DNA of 64,000 bases from Myxococcota bacterium (GTDB lineage Bacteria; Myxococcota_A; SURF-8): contig OZ223209.1 in assembly GCA_965140415.1 (NCBI GenBank), forward strand, positions 1,632,001 through 1,696,000, in the 5' to 3' direction. Of the stretch, positions 20,425 through 29,403 are shown piece after piece (within the stretch, counting starts at the first letter, position 1; each line of letters opens with the position of its first letter). The position numbers and the translations under genes are program-made. The notes beneath the pieces are model-generated. The model had not been told where the DNA came from, did not search any database, and saw only the letters and a list, made by a program, of their open reading frames with translations.

Positions 20425-21642
20425 ATGCTTCGTAGTTTCGTTTTTATTTTCTTGGCGTTTGTGTTGATAGCAGGTTGTGGCGACGATGATTCCTCCTCGC
20501 AGCAACCGCCCGCAGATCAGGATGGCGATCTCGATTTGCTGGAAAGCGAAGCGGACGCGGGGGAGCAGGCCGCCGATGGTGATCTGATACTTGACGGCGA
20601 TGCCGAGGGCGAAAGTGCGCCAGATGGGGACATCGAGCAAGAAACAATAACAGACGGCGATATGGAACAGGAAGCGGAAATACAGGAGCAGGAAACGAAT
20701 GCCTGCGTTCAAGCTCTGCCGCTTGTCTGCGGCGATCAGTTGCAGGGAAATACCGCCGTGGATGGGCAGGCGGACGCCTGGCGGGGGTATAGCTGCTCGG
20801 CTCGTCTCGAATCCGGCCCGGAGGTCATTTACAGTTTCATAAGTGGCGAGGATTGTAACGTCGTGTTGACCTTGAAAGACTTAAGCAGCGATCTGGATCT
20901 GTTTCTGCTTAGCGCTTGCGACTCTTTTAGCTGTATCGGGTTCATGTCTACGCCGTTGGATATTCAGGATGAGGAAACGGTGAATTTTTCAGCCGAGGCT
21001 GGAAAGGCGTATTATGTCGTCGTAGATGGTTACGCCGATGCCGAGGGCACATATACCTTGCAGGCGGCGTGTTCCTGCGGCACGGACGGCGATATGGAAG
21101 GCGAAGCGGAACAGGTGGAATCGGAGAGCATCGTTGACGGCGACAGCGAATCCGAAGCGGAGAACGATCAAGAGGCTATGGTTGATGGTGACTCCGACGG
21201 CATGGGTTTGATTTGGCAGGATCCTCCTAGTGATACAACCATGACCTGGTCGCAGGCTAATTATTATTGCCAGGAGCAAGCGCAGGGTGGTGGAGGCTGG
21301 AGACTTCCAACGGTATCAGAAGCACGCAGTCTTATACGGGGTTGTGCTACTACTGAAACCGGCGGGAGTTGCGGTGTTGATGACGGCTGTATCGAGTTCA
21401 GTTGCTGGACCGAAAGCTGCGGCGGCACGTGTGAGTTCATGAACGGCCCGGACGTGGGAGAGGATGCTGGATGTTATCGTCCAGAGGAAATGTCTGGTGT
21501 GTGCGGCTGGAGCTGGACGGCCTCTTCCTTCGAACACGAAGCGGAGCAGAAAGCCTGGGCGGTTTTGTATCACTACGGCTGGGTGGATGCCGGAGCAAAA
21601 ACAAGAACATTCTATGTCCGCTGTGTTAAAGATCCACAATAA
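20425..21642 (+). CDS. Lipoprotein with DGD-rich linkers, a Cys-flanked PPC-like domain and a C-terminal DUF1566/Lcl-like domain
   Basis: Lipobox IAGC; GGAGG before ATG 20425; DLDLFLL...YYVVVDGY PPC-like unit; GLIWQ..W..A..YC..WRLPT..E and terminal YVRCV. Confidence 0.78.
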   Translation: MLRSFVFIFLAFVLIAGCGDDDSSSQQPPADQDGDLDLLESEADAGEQAADGDLILDGDAEGESAPDGDIEQETITDGDMEQEAEIQEQETNACVQALPLVCGDQLQGNTAVDGQADAWRGYSCSARLESGPEVIYSFISGEDCNVVLTLKDLSSDLDLFLLSACDSFSCIGFMSTPLDIQDEETVNFSAEAGKAYYVVVDGYADAEGTYTLQAACSCGTDGDMEGEAEQVESESIVDGDSESEAENDQEAMVDGDSDGMGLIWQDPPSDTTMTWSQANYYCQEQAQGGGGWRLPTVSEARSLIRGCATTETGGSCGVDDGCIEFSCWTESCGGTCEFMNGPDVGEDAGCYRPEEMSGVCGWSWTASSFEHEAEQKAWAVLYHYGWVDAGAKTRTFYVRCVKDPQ

Positions 21643-21711
21643 CAACCGGTAAATTTGGGTGTAACCAGTGTAAGCAGCGCGATCAGTCGAAACCGCAAGA
21701 CTTCCGTACGA

Positions 21712-24219
21712 TCACGGTGTTTCGTCGCTCAAGCTCGTTTGTCCCTCGGTGGCGACGTAAAAGCGATCCGCCGCCACCTGCTCGAATTGCGTTTCGCTGC
21801 CGTTTGGCCAGCGCACGGTCACGTGATCGATGCTTTCATGCTCACCCAGCCCGAAATGCAAAGTCATAGGCGGTTGTTGGCTGAAATGCCCCTTGCTTCC
21901 CTTGACTTCCCGAATTTGTTGTAAGTCGCCGGTGGTCACGGTGACACGCGCACCAATGGCGCTTGCGTTGGAATCCACACCGACAAGGCGGATCTGGAGC
22001 CAGTGGTTGCCATTGTCTACATCGTTGCGATACAGATGCAGATGTGCGCCGGTGCTGCGCCTCGCGACGAGCAGATCCAGATCGCCGTCACGGTCGTAGT
22101 CGATCCAGTTATTACCGACCGAGTCGTGCGTCCAGATGCCTGCCAGATAGGTGACGTCCGTGAAACTGTGGTCCCATTCCTGGCGATACAAGCGCCCGAA
22201 ATGCAAGGTGTAGAGCGAGGCGACAAAAAGATCCAGGTCGCCATCGTTATCGAAGTCCACCCACATTGCATCGACTTCGCCCTCGTCGTAATAGATCCCC
22301 AGATCGCGCGTCAGGTTTTCAAAGGCGAAATCGTTCTCCGAGCCGGTATTGCGAAGCAGGCGCGAGGGGTCGCTGTCCGGCTGATAGCGCGGGTGGGCGA
22401 TCTCGGCCAGGAATGCATCCAGGTTGCCGTCGTTGTCGAAGTCGCCGCAATCGATGCCGAAGGTGTTGCCGCCGGTCGTTCCGCCGATGGCGTCGTAGGC
22501 CAGACCGGCTTCCACGCCGACTTCGTTAAAGCCGCCCAGACCGGTGTTGGCCCAGAGCAGGTTGCGTCCGTAGCCGTAGTTGGCCACCATGATGTCCGTC
22601 CAGCCGTCGTTGTTCCAGTCGCAGGTCGTCACGCCGTAGCAGGGCTGGCCCCAGCGCTGACCTTCCAGATCCAGTCCCACCTGGTCGCTGACGTCCGTGA
22701 AGGTGCCGTCGCCGTTGCCTTTGAAAAAGAAGTCCGGCATGGCGGTGGAGTAAGGATACTGGTACAGCCAATTGCCCACGTACAGATCCAGCAAGCCGTC
22801 GCGATCGTAGTCGATAAAGGTAGCCGCGCTGGTGGTGGAGGTTTCCTCTACTCCGGCATTTTCCACTTGTGTGAAATGGCCCGCACCATCGTTTAAGAAA
22901 ACGGTGTCGCTGCCGGGATTCGGGTTTTGCTGGTCGGTATACACACCGCCGTACAGGTCCACGTAGCCATCGTTATTGACATCCCCGGCGGCGAAGAGGC
23001 TGGTGTAGTAGCCGTTCAAGCCGGATTCGGTGGTGAAATCGAGGAAGCCACCTGCTGTGTCGTTAAGCAATACACGCACCCGGTCGGGATCGTCTACGTT
23101 ATTGGCGGTTTCGTGCAGCACGAGATCCGGCCAGTCATCATGGTTGATGTCCGCGCTTAGAATGCGGTTTTCCTTGATATCGATGATGTGCGAATCGTCG
23201 CCTTCGCCGTTGGGAGCGACTACGGTTTGCTCGGAAACGTCCGTAAAGAACGTACCGCCGCGTTGACAGAAGGGCTCCGCTTCGATGCGCACCATGTAGT
23301 TGACACCGCTCTGGATACCGCCCCAGACGAACATCTGGCCCTGCTCGCGCCATTCGGCGATGGCTTCATCCGAGCGGAACATACTGTGGCTCTGAGTGGC
23401 GCAGTTTTCGGCCAGACCCAGCATGGGGAAGGGCACCAGATGCCGGTAAACTACCCAGAAATGATCCTTGGGATGGACGTACACATCGTCGTTGCTGAAG
23501 TCGAATTCTACCCACTGCTGCGCCTCGCGCCATTGAATCATGCGCGTCTGCTCCGGTGCGAGCAACTGTTCCAGATCGGGTTGCGAGCGTGCCATGTCGC
23601 GGACCAGGCGCACCGCCACGGGCCCGGCGTGGGTAAAGACCATGCGCACTTTGTTGACTTTCACCGGTTGTTCCGGGATGAAATGCACGGCTTCGTCGTT
23701 GTAGTTGTAGCTGCGCATGAACGTCGTGATCTCGCCGCAGTCGTAACCCATTTCAATCGAATCGCCCATCGGGCGCTGGCTGCCACCACAAAGCAGATCC
23801 AATGACGCCTGCGGTTCCTGGTAGAGCGAGGTCTCGTTGTATTCGCCATACTCGGCCAGTTCCGGCCATTCCAAATCGCCATCGGGTATGACGGATTCCT
23901 CGTCGAGATCACCGTCCGTGCTATCAGCATCAATGGTGTCGCCATCTGTCGTGTCGCCGTCGATGCTGTCGCCATCAGGTATATCGCCATCCGTCGTGTC
24001 ACCGTCGATACTGTCGCCATCAGCGGTGTCAGCATCCGTAGAGTCGCCATCGCCGGTTTCCGTGTCGGTCTCATCGCCATCCAGGCCGTCGCCGTTTACC
24101 AGATCGCCATCGCTTTCACTGTCGCTATCGGAGCAACCGGAAACCAGGGTTAGCAGTAACGCCAGTAAAAGGACTGCAAACCAAAACGAAAACCCATGCT
24201 GCGCAGTTCGGATCGACAT
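21712..24219 (-). CDS. CRTAC1/ASPIC-UnbV family FG-GAP repeat lipoprotein
   Basis: Lipobox VSGC; many D.D.DG.LDL FG-GAP repeats; C-terminal NHWL.I.L.G..SN.SAIGARV.V...LHFGLG...V.VRWP; start moved to ATG 24219 (AGGAG upstream). Confidence 0.88.
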   Translation of the reverse strand: MSIRTAQHGFSFWFAVLLLALLLTLVSGCSDSDSESDGDLVNGDGLDGDETDTETGDGDSTDADTADGDSIDGDTTDGDIPDGDSIDGDTTDGDTIDADSTDGDLDEESVIPDGDLEWPELAEYGEYNETSLYQEPQASLDLLCGGSQRPMGDSIEMGYDCGEITTFMRSYNYNDEAVHFIPEQPVKVNKVRMVFTHAGPVAVRLVRDMARSQPDLEQLLAPEQTRMIQWREAQQWVEFDFSNDDVYVHPKDHFWVVYRHLVPFPMLGLAENCATQSHSMFRSDEAIAEWREQGQMFVWGGIQSGVNYMVRIEAEPFCQRGGTFFTDVSEQTVVAPNGEGDDSHIIDIKENRILSADINHDDWPDLVLHETANNVDDPDRVRVLLNDTAGGFLDFTTESGLNGYYTSLFAAGDVNNDGYVDLYGGVYTDQQNPNPGSDTVFLNDGAGHFTQVENAGVEETSTTSAATFIDYDRDGLLDLYVGNWLYQYPYSTAMPDFFFKGNGDGTFTDVSDQVGLDLEGQRWGQPCYGVTTCDWNNDGWTDIMVANYGYGRNLLWANTGLGGFNEVGVEAGLAYDAIGGTTGGNTFGIDCGDFDNDGNLDAFLAEIAHPRYQPDSDPSRLLRNTGSENDFAFENLTRDLGIYYDEGEVDAMWVDFDNDGDLDLFVASLYTLHFGRLYRQEWDHSFTDVTYLAGIWTHDSVGNNWIDYDRDGDLDLLVARRSTGAHLHLYRNDVDNGNHWLQIRLVGVDSNASAIGARVTVTTGDLQQIREVKGSKGHFSQQPPMTLHFGLGEHESIDHVTVRWPNGSETQFEQVAADRFYVATEGQTSLSDETP

Positions 24220-24443
24220 TTCATCTCCTATGAACATGTAGTGTGGTTTGTCGATGGACAAACGAAACAATTTGCATTGTAGGCAGTCGAGCTGGATCTG
24301 TCCAATGAAAACAGGGGGGAGATTTAGCTGGCATGGAGAAACAACAAAACAAAAGCTGGACAGTAACAGCCGGATTGATTAGCCTCCGAGGTTGAGAAAA
24401 GAAGATTTAGTATTTTGTTCGAAGTTTTAGAGAGAGAAAGCGA

Positions 24444-25730
24444 ATGAGCGCTATAAAGAAAAACGGCTGGTTGATAATTTTTGTTCTGCTGGTTTTGCTG
24501 GTAGCTGGCTGCGGCAATGATGAAGACGAGCAAGTCAATCCTTCCGATGGCGATGCGGATGTTCAGGATGGTGATATTGACTCAAATGATAACGGCTCGC
24601 AACTGCCGCCTGTAGTAACGGATGGAGACCGACCCGTTGTTGATGGTGACAACCCCATTATAGACGGGGACAACTTCTCCGATGGTGATGTTTCACCTGA
24701 TGGGGATACGCCAGTTGATGGTGATTTGGTGGTGGATGGCGATCTTAATCCCGACGGAGACTCATCTGTGGACGGGGACAATCCCTCCGATGGTGATTCT
24801 CCTGTGGATGGTGATTTCAATCCTGACGGAGACAGCTCTCCTGATGGCGACGATCCGATCATTGATGGGGATGTGCCTGTCGATGGCGACGATCCGATCA
24901 TTGATGGGGATGTGCCTGTCGATGGCGACGATCCGATCATTGATGGGGATGTGCCTGTCGATGGCGACGATCCGATCATTGACGGGGATGAGCCTGTCGA
25001 TGGAGATGATCCGATTATTGATGGGGATGTGCCTGTCGATGGAGACGATCCGGTTGTAGACGGCGATGACCCCGTAACTCCGCTTGGTGAAAAGGTGCTC
25101 GTTTATTACGGGCATTCCGGTGTCGATCCTGATGGTTTCTACGGCTACGGCAAGCATGGCGCACTGGTTTCACGCTATCGCACGGCAGGTTTGACTGTAG
25201 CCTATAGCGATCAATGGCCCGCAGACCTGTCCGAGCACCGTCTGATTGTTTTGGCCGTGCCGGGCTGCTACGACGAGGAAGATCTGTTCAGTAATGCCGA
25301 AGTGTTTTCCATGATCGCCTTTCTCAATCGTGGCGGCTATTTGTACATTGAAAATGAAAAGAGCTATTACAGCGGTACGGCGGTCATTAACGATCTGCTC
25401 TCGCGCTTAGGCAGCGTGATCCGGCAACAGAACGATACCATTGGCTCAGGCGGCTACTATGGCGTATTGACTACGGAGATCGGCAGCCATGCCTTGATGG
25501 ACGGCATCGATACGCTTGGTTTCGGGGAAGGCTCGCGCGTCTTGCCTGCTACGGGTGATGTGCTGGTGAGCTACCAGGGAACATGCGTGATGGCGCTGGA
25601 AAGCATCGGTGCGGGCCTGTTGATAGTCAGCGGCGATCAGCAGTTTATCGACGATCACGCCTTTGAAAGCTATCCTCCAGACGGCGGCGACAACCTGCAA
25701 TTTGCCGATAACCTGGCGCAGCTTCCGTAG
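24444..25730 (+). CDS. Lipoprotein with a long DGD-repeat stalk and a C-terminal GldG/DUF4350-like alpha/beta domain
   Basis: Lipobox VAGC; about 180 aa of DGD repeats; C-terminal FLNRGG.L, INDLL, IVSGD and N.QFADNL pattern. Confidence 0.7.
   Translation: MSAIKKNGWLIIFVLLVLLVAGCGNDEDEQVNPSDGDADVQDGDIDSNDNGSQLPPVVTDGDRPVVDGDNPIIDGDNFSDGDVSPDGDTPVDGDLVVDGDLNPDGDSSVDGDNPSDGDSPVDGDFNPDGDSSPDGDDPIIDGDVPVDGDDPIIDGDVPVDGDDPIIDGDVPVDGDDPIIDGDEPVDGDDPIIDGDVPVDGDDPVVDGDDPVTPLGEKVLVYYGHSGVDPDGFYGYGKHGALVSRYRTAGLTVAYSDQWPADLSEHRLIVLAVPGCYDEEDLFSNAEVFSMIAFLNRGGYLYIENEKSYYSGTAVINDLLSRLGSVIRQQNDTIGSGGYYGVLTTEIGSHALMDGIDTLGFGEGSRVLPATGDVLVSYQGTCVMALESIGAGLLIVSGDQQFIDDHAFESYPPDGGDNLQFADNLAQLP
24843..25073 (+). 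repeat. In-frame 39-bp tandem repeat (DGDDPIIDGDVPV)
   Basis: GATGGCGACGATCCGATCATTGATGGGGATGTGCCTGTC occurs exactly at 24843, 24882 and 24921, in diverged form at 24960 and 24999, and partially at 25038. Confidence 0.95.
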
Positions 25731-25775
25731 GGAAGGTGTTGTAGGGAGTTCTTCAGACGATTCGTTGCAACTGAG

Positions 25776-27836
25776 CTACACCTGCGCTTCCGCTTGGCGC
25801 GTTGTGTGCGAACGACCCAGGCGAGGGAGTTTGCCTTTCGCTTTGGGGCGGGCTTCTCCCAACTCATCCAGCAGTTGCTCTGCCATCATGATCTGCTCAC
25901 TCTCCGAAATGCCATAGATGTCGAACACTTCGCGGTCGATTTCCTCGATCAGTGCCTCGCGTTCCGGACCTTGAGCCTGCATCAGCAGGCGCACACGGGC
26001 TTCGATGGCGCGCTGGCGCTCGTCTGGACAGTAGCGCAGCGGCAGGCGTTCCAGGTTGCCTCGCAGCACCTTGACGGTGAAGAAATTGAAGGTGTAGTAG
26101 AATTGCAGCACCGGCGAATTCAACAGCGCAAGCAGATAGCCGATGCGGAAACCGGGCAGGCGTGGCACCAATACATTGGCGTTATTGAGCGTAAAGCGGC
26201 TTTCCTCGTCCAGGGCGAAGGTCAGGCGTTTTCCGATAAAGCGATAGATCAACTTGGCCGGGACGTCGAAAATCTCGCGCGGGCAGGCCTGTTGCAACTC
26301 GTTGCGGTCGTAGCGAATCCAGTGGTTGGAAAAATCGATGCGGTATGGGCTTAGATCCTTGCCCACGATCAGCGGTTCGTGCTCTTCCGTCAGCCGCTCC
26401 GAAGCGATCAGACGCTCGTTGTCACCGGTGACCAGTCCCAGCCCGAAGGTGGCGTGACCCTTTAAATAGGCCGCGTTATGCGCGATGCGACTCAGCAACT
26501 CGCTCATCCCGGTTTGCAGGTGGATGTTGAAAATGTTCTCCGGCGTTTTCATGAAGGCGGCGGAGTCCAGGGTTTGACTGCGTTCTCGCGGTGAGCCGAG
26601 GTTGTGGATGGCAGTGAAGCGGCTCGACGTCGAATCGTCGCTTGAGGGTTTGCGCCGGAATTGCAGGATCATCGATGGTGCGAAAACCTTGTCGAATAAC
26701 TCTCCGCAGGTGGCGATGCGCTGCAATTGCGCCTGCTCCAGTAAAAGCTTGCGAGAAGCCCTGTGAGCGCGAATATTCAGGTAGGCATCGGGAATCAATA
26801 GGCCGACCTGTCCGCCCGGCTTGACCAGTTGCAGGGCGCGTTCGATGAACAGGCTGAAGGAGTTGACACCCGATTCGGCAGAGAGATACTCCAGCCGATA
26901 GATTGCCTTCTGCTCTTTACTCAACTTCGAACCCCAAGGCGGATTGCCCACCACGGCGTCGAAGCGTCCGCTTAACTCGGGCGGATGCTCCGTTTTCTGC
27001 AAGCGGAAAAACAACTCGTTCTCCTGCCGACAGAGGCTGTCGATGCGGTGCACGTGAAAGCGGATCGGGTCTTCGCTGCGCTGCATGAGAAAGAGGTTCA
27101 TTTTGGTAAGCGCTACAGCGAAGGGGTCGGAATCGAAGCCGTACAAGTGCTGTTCCAGTACCTGTCGGTGGGCGCTCTCAGCGTCAATCCCAGAAGACTG
27201 TAGCTTCTGCTTCAGTTCGCGATAGACACCCAGCAGAAATTGACCGGAACCGCAGGCCGGGTCCAACACGCGCAACTCGGGGTTGTTCACCGGGTCCAGC
27301 TTCATGGCGGTGACGACTTCGGTCACGACCATTGGCGGCGTGTAATACTGGCCGCTTTTTTTACGAGAACTTTTCGAGCACAGCGCCTGATACACAACTC
27401 CCAACAGATCGGGGTCCAACAGTTCCAACCGCGCGGTATTGAGCTTGTCAAAGAGCATACTCAGCCGGGCATAAGGCAAAAGGCGCGAGTCGATGTCCAG
27501 ATCGCTTAGCAGGCTATCCACCGCCACGCGCAGGTGGTCTTCGCGCCACATGTCGAGTTGATCGGTGGGGCGGGGTTTATGACGCCGTAACTTCATCAGA
27601 TCCTTAAAGGACGCAAGCCGTTCGATGTGCAGAATCTGCTTTTCCTGTGCCAGTTTTAAAAAACAGCCTTTAAGCACCAATGCAATAATGGTGTTGCGTA
27701 CCGCCTCTGCCTCCGCACGCGTTTGTAGCGATTCCGACAACGCCTGCTGATAGTCCAGCAGCGATTGCAGAAAGGTCCGCAGATAGGGATGCGGCTTGGC
27801 CGCCCGCGCGGCCCGCATGGAAGGCTTGACGGCCAC
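25776..27836 (-). CDS. N6-adenine DNA methyltransferase (gamma class, Eco57I/TaqI-like) with a C-terminal target-recognition domain
   Basis: GQYYTP, VLDPACGSGQFL, LYGFD, VVGNPPW; TaqI_C-like KLIYRFI...LLALLNS...LP. Confidence 0.88.
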   Translation of the reverse strand: MAVKPSMRAARAAKPHPYLRTFLQSLLDYQQALSESLQTRAEAEAVRNTIIALVLKGCFLKLAQEKQILHIERLASFKDLMKLRRHKPRPTDQLDMWREDHLRVAVDSLLSDLDIDSRLLPYARLSMLFDKLNTARLELLDPDLLGVVYQALCSKSSRKKSGQYYTPPMVVTEVVTAMKLDPVNNPELRVLDPACGSGQFLLGVYRELKQKLQSSGIDAESAHRQVLEQHLYGFDSDPFAVALTKMNLFLMQRSEDPIRFHVHRIDSLCRQENELFFRLQKTEHPPELSGRFDAVVGNPPWGSKLSKEQKAIYRLEYLSAESGVNSFSLFIERALQLVKPGGQVGLLIPDAYLNIRAHRASRKLLLEQAQLQRIATCGELFDKVFAPSMILQFRRKPSSDDSTSSRFTAIHNLGSPRERSQTLDSAAFMKTPENIFNIHLQTGMSELLSRIAHNAAYLKGHATFGLGLVTGDNERLIASERLTEEHEPLIVGKDLSPYRIDFSNHWIRYDRNELQQACPREIFDVPAKLIYRFIGKRLTFALDEESRFTLNNANVLVPRLPGFRIGYLLALLNSPVLQFYYTFNFFTVKVLRGNLERLPLRYCPDERQRAIEARVRLLMQAQGPEREALIEEIDREVFDIYGISESEQIMMAEQLLDELGEARPKAKGKLPRLGRSHTTRQAEAQV

Positions 27837-27839
27837 CGG

Positions 27840-29084
27840 CTATTTCTCCTTGAGCTTCTTCAGCAATTGGTCTTTAGCTTGTTTTTTCGCTTGCTCCCGG
27901 TCTTCTTCGCTTGCTGCCGGTTTTTTGCTGGAAGTGCGCTTGGTTGTGGATGTGGCGGCCTTTTTCCGGGGACGACCGACTTTACCCTTTTTAGCCGATT
28001 CCTTTTCAGTCGCTTCTTTTTTGACAGGGCTGCTCTTTTTACGCCGGGCTGGAGCTTTTTTCTTTTTCGTTTCTTCAGGCTTTGTTTCTTCCGATGCGGT
28101 TGCCTGGTCGGATGCCGCTTTGGCATCTTCCGCCGGTTTCTCATTTTGCTCTGAAGTCGTAGTGGTTTCGGCTTGTTGGGTCGGTGCGGCTTCCGTTTTC
28201 TGCGGTTCGTTTTCTTCCGGCAAAGGATCACTCGGTGGAGCAACGGCCTCGCTTTGCAGCAGTGTGCGCAAAATGCGGGCTACGGCTTCGGAGCGCAGCA
28301 GACCGCCGTGACCGACTCCGTAAAGCAGGTGCTGGTGACTGTTGCGCATCAGAGCGTTGTCGAAGGGAACGACAATGTTATCGTGTACGCTGGCGATGGT
28401 GTGAACGTCCACCCGCCGGATGTTCGGATCGGTGTCGAGATTGGCCAGAAAAGCCGAATTCGGGCGCATCTGCCGCACCGGCTTGCCACCCCAGATTAAA
28501 GCCAGGTTGGTGCCGCCATGCGGTGTACCAAGCGTAATCAGCCGCTCGACATGTTCCGCGCCGTACTCCTTGATGTAAGCGCGGGCGACCAGTCCACCCA
28601 TGGAATGACCGATCAGAGTGACTTTGTCGTGACCGGAATCGGCCAGGGCATGATTAACGCGCTGGGCAAGTTGCTCGCGGAAAAAGTCGATGCGCTGGCT
28701 CATTGGCCATAGGTTGAGGCTGTACATACGGCGGCTGGGATCCTGTCCCAAACGCTTGCGCATCCAACGCCAGAAACTCTGGTTTTCGTACCAGCCGTGA
28801 ATCAGCACCACCGGGGGGCGCTCGTTGGTTTTAGTGCGATTAGCGGCTTCGTCGCGATTGGTCCAGCCACGTGGCCAGTTGAGATAGCCGAAACTGTTGG
28901 CCCAGAAGTCGCCGATCATGGCACTGAATGCACCGGGCGGATAGCTGGCTGTGAGATCGCTTTTGAACTCCGGATCGGCAAAGCGGGCGCGCGCGAAGAT
29001 GACGGAAATAAACATCGTCAACGCGGCGAAGATGAACATTCCAATAAAATAGACCATTAGCAGCTGCAATAGAAACACGATCAT
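27840..29084 (-). CDS. Membrane-anchored alpha/beta hydrolase (lipase/esterase) with a Lys-rich C-terminal tail
   Basis: PVVLIHG, GHSMGG, LGTPHGGT, D.IVVP and GHGGLL motifs; N-terminal hydrophobic segment. Confidence 0.88.
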   Translation of the reverse strand: MIVFLLQLLMVYFIGMFIFAALTMFISVIFARARFADPEFKSDLTASYPPGAFSAMIGDFWANSFGYLNWPRGWTNRDEAANRTKTNERPPVVLIHGWYENQSFWRWMRKRLGQDPSRRMYSLNLWPMSQRIDFFREQLAQRVNHALADSGHDKVTLIGHSMGGLVARAYIKEYGAEHVERLITLGTPHGGTNLALIWGGKPVRQMRPNSAFLANLDTDPNIRRVDVHTIASVHDNIVVPFDNALMRNSHQHLLYGVGHGGLLRSEAVARILRTLLQSEAVAPPSDPLPEENEPQKTEAAPTQQAETTTTSEQNEKPAEDAKAASDQATASEETKPEETKKKKAPARRKKSSPVKKEATEKESAKKGKVGRPRKKAATSTTKRTSSKKPAASEEDREQAKKQAKDQLLKKLKEK

Positions 29085-29141
29085 GACGTCCCTCTACTTC
29101 CATGGATGGGTGAGCCAAATTAATCGATTAAGTATATCATA

Positions 29142-29158
29142 TTGGCACTGATATCGCA
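29142..29158 (+). promoter_or_regulatory. Possible sigma54 promoter
   Basis: TTGGCAC-TGATA-TCGCA, one mismatch to TGGCAC-N5-TTGC, in the divergent intergenic region. Confidence 0.35.
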
Positions 29159-29297
29159 AGGTTAGAGAGATTGCAAAACAAACTTGTCGATGGCTTGGGA
29201 TGGCGTGGAAGAATTGCAGAGTATGAAAACGGAAGCCAATATGCGCCGGAAGGGCAGTTTGGCAATGTAAACCATACAAATTGGTCTGCAACAAACA

Positions 29298-29327
29298 TTG
29301 CCATTCAAGACCGAATGATCCTATAAT
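29298..29327 (+). promoter_or_regulatory. Possible sigma70 promoter
   Basis: TTGCCA-18 bp-TATAAT upstream of the 1.4-kaa lipoprotein. Confidence 0.45.
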
Positions 29328-29403
29328 GAAGGGACATATCCGCGTAAAGGGTCTGCCTTGACGCGCTGTTTCGATGGGCCGTCGTACAGTCGTAAAGGAA
29401 CGG

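Noticed and set aside
21190..21642. DUF1566-like C-terminus as a diversity-generating retroelement target
   Set aside because: No reverse transcriptase and no template repeat copy were seen in the window.
24843..25073. Possible CRISPR array
   Set aside because: The repeats are contiguous with no unique spacers, are in frame within a CDS, and no cas genes are present.
25776..27836. Complete restriction-modification system or mobile island
   Set aside because: No endonuclease, integrase or flanking repeats were seen, and composition looks similar to the neighbours.
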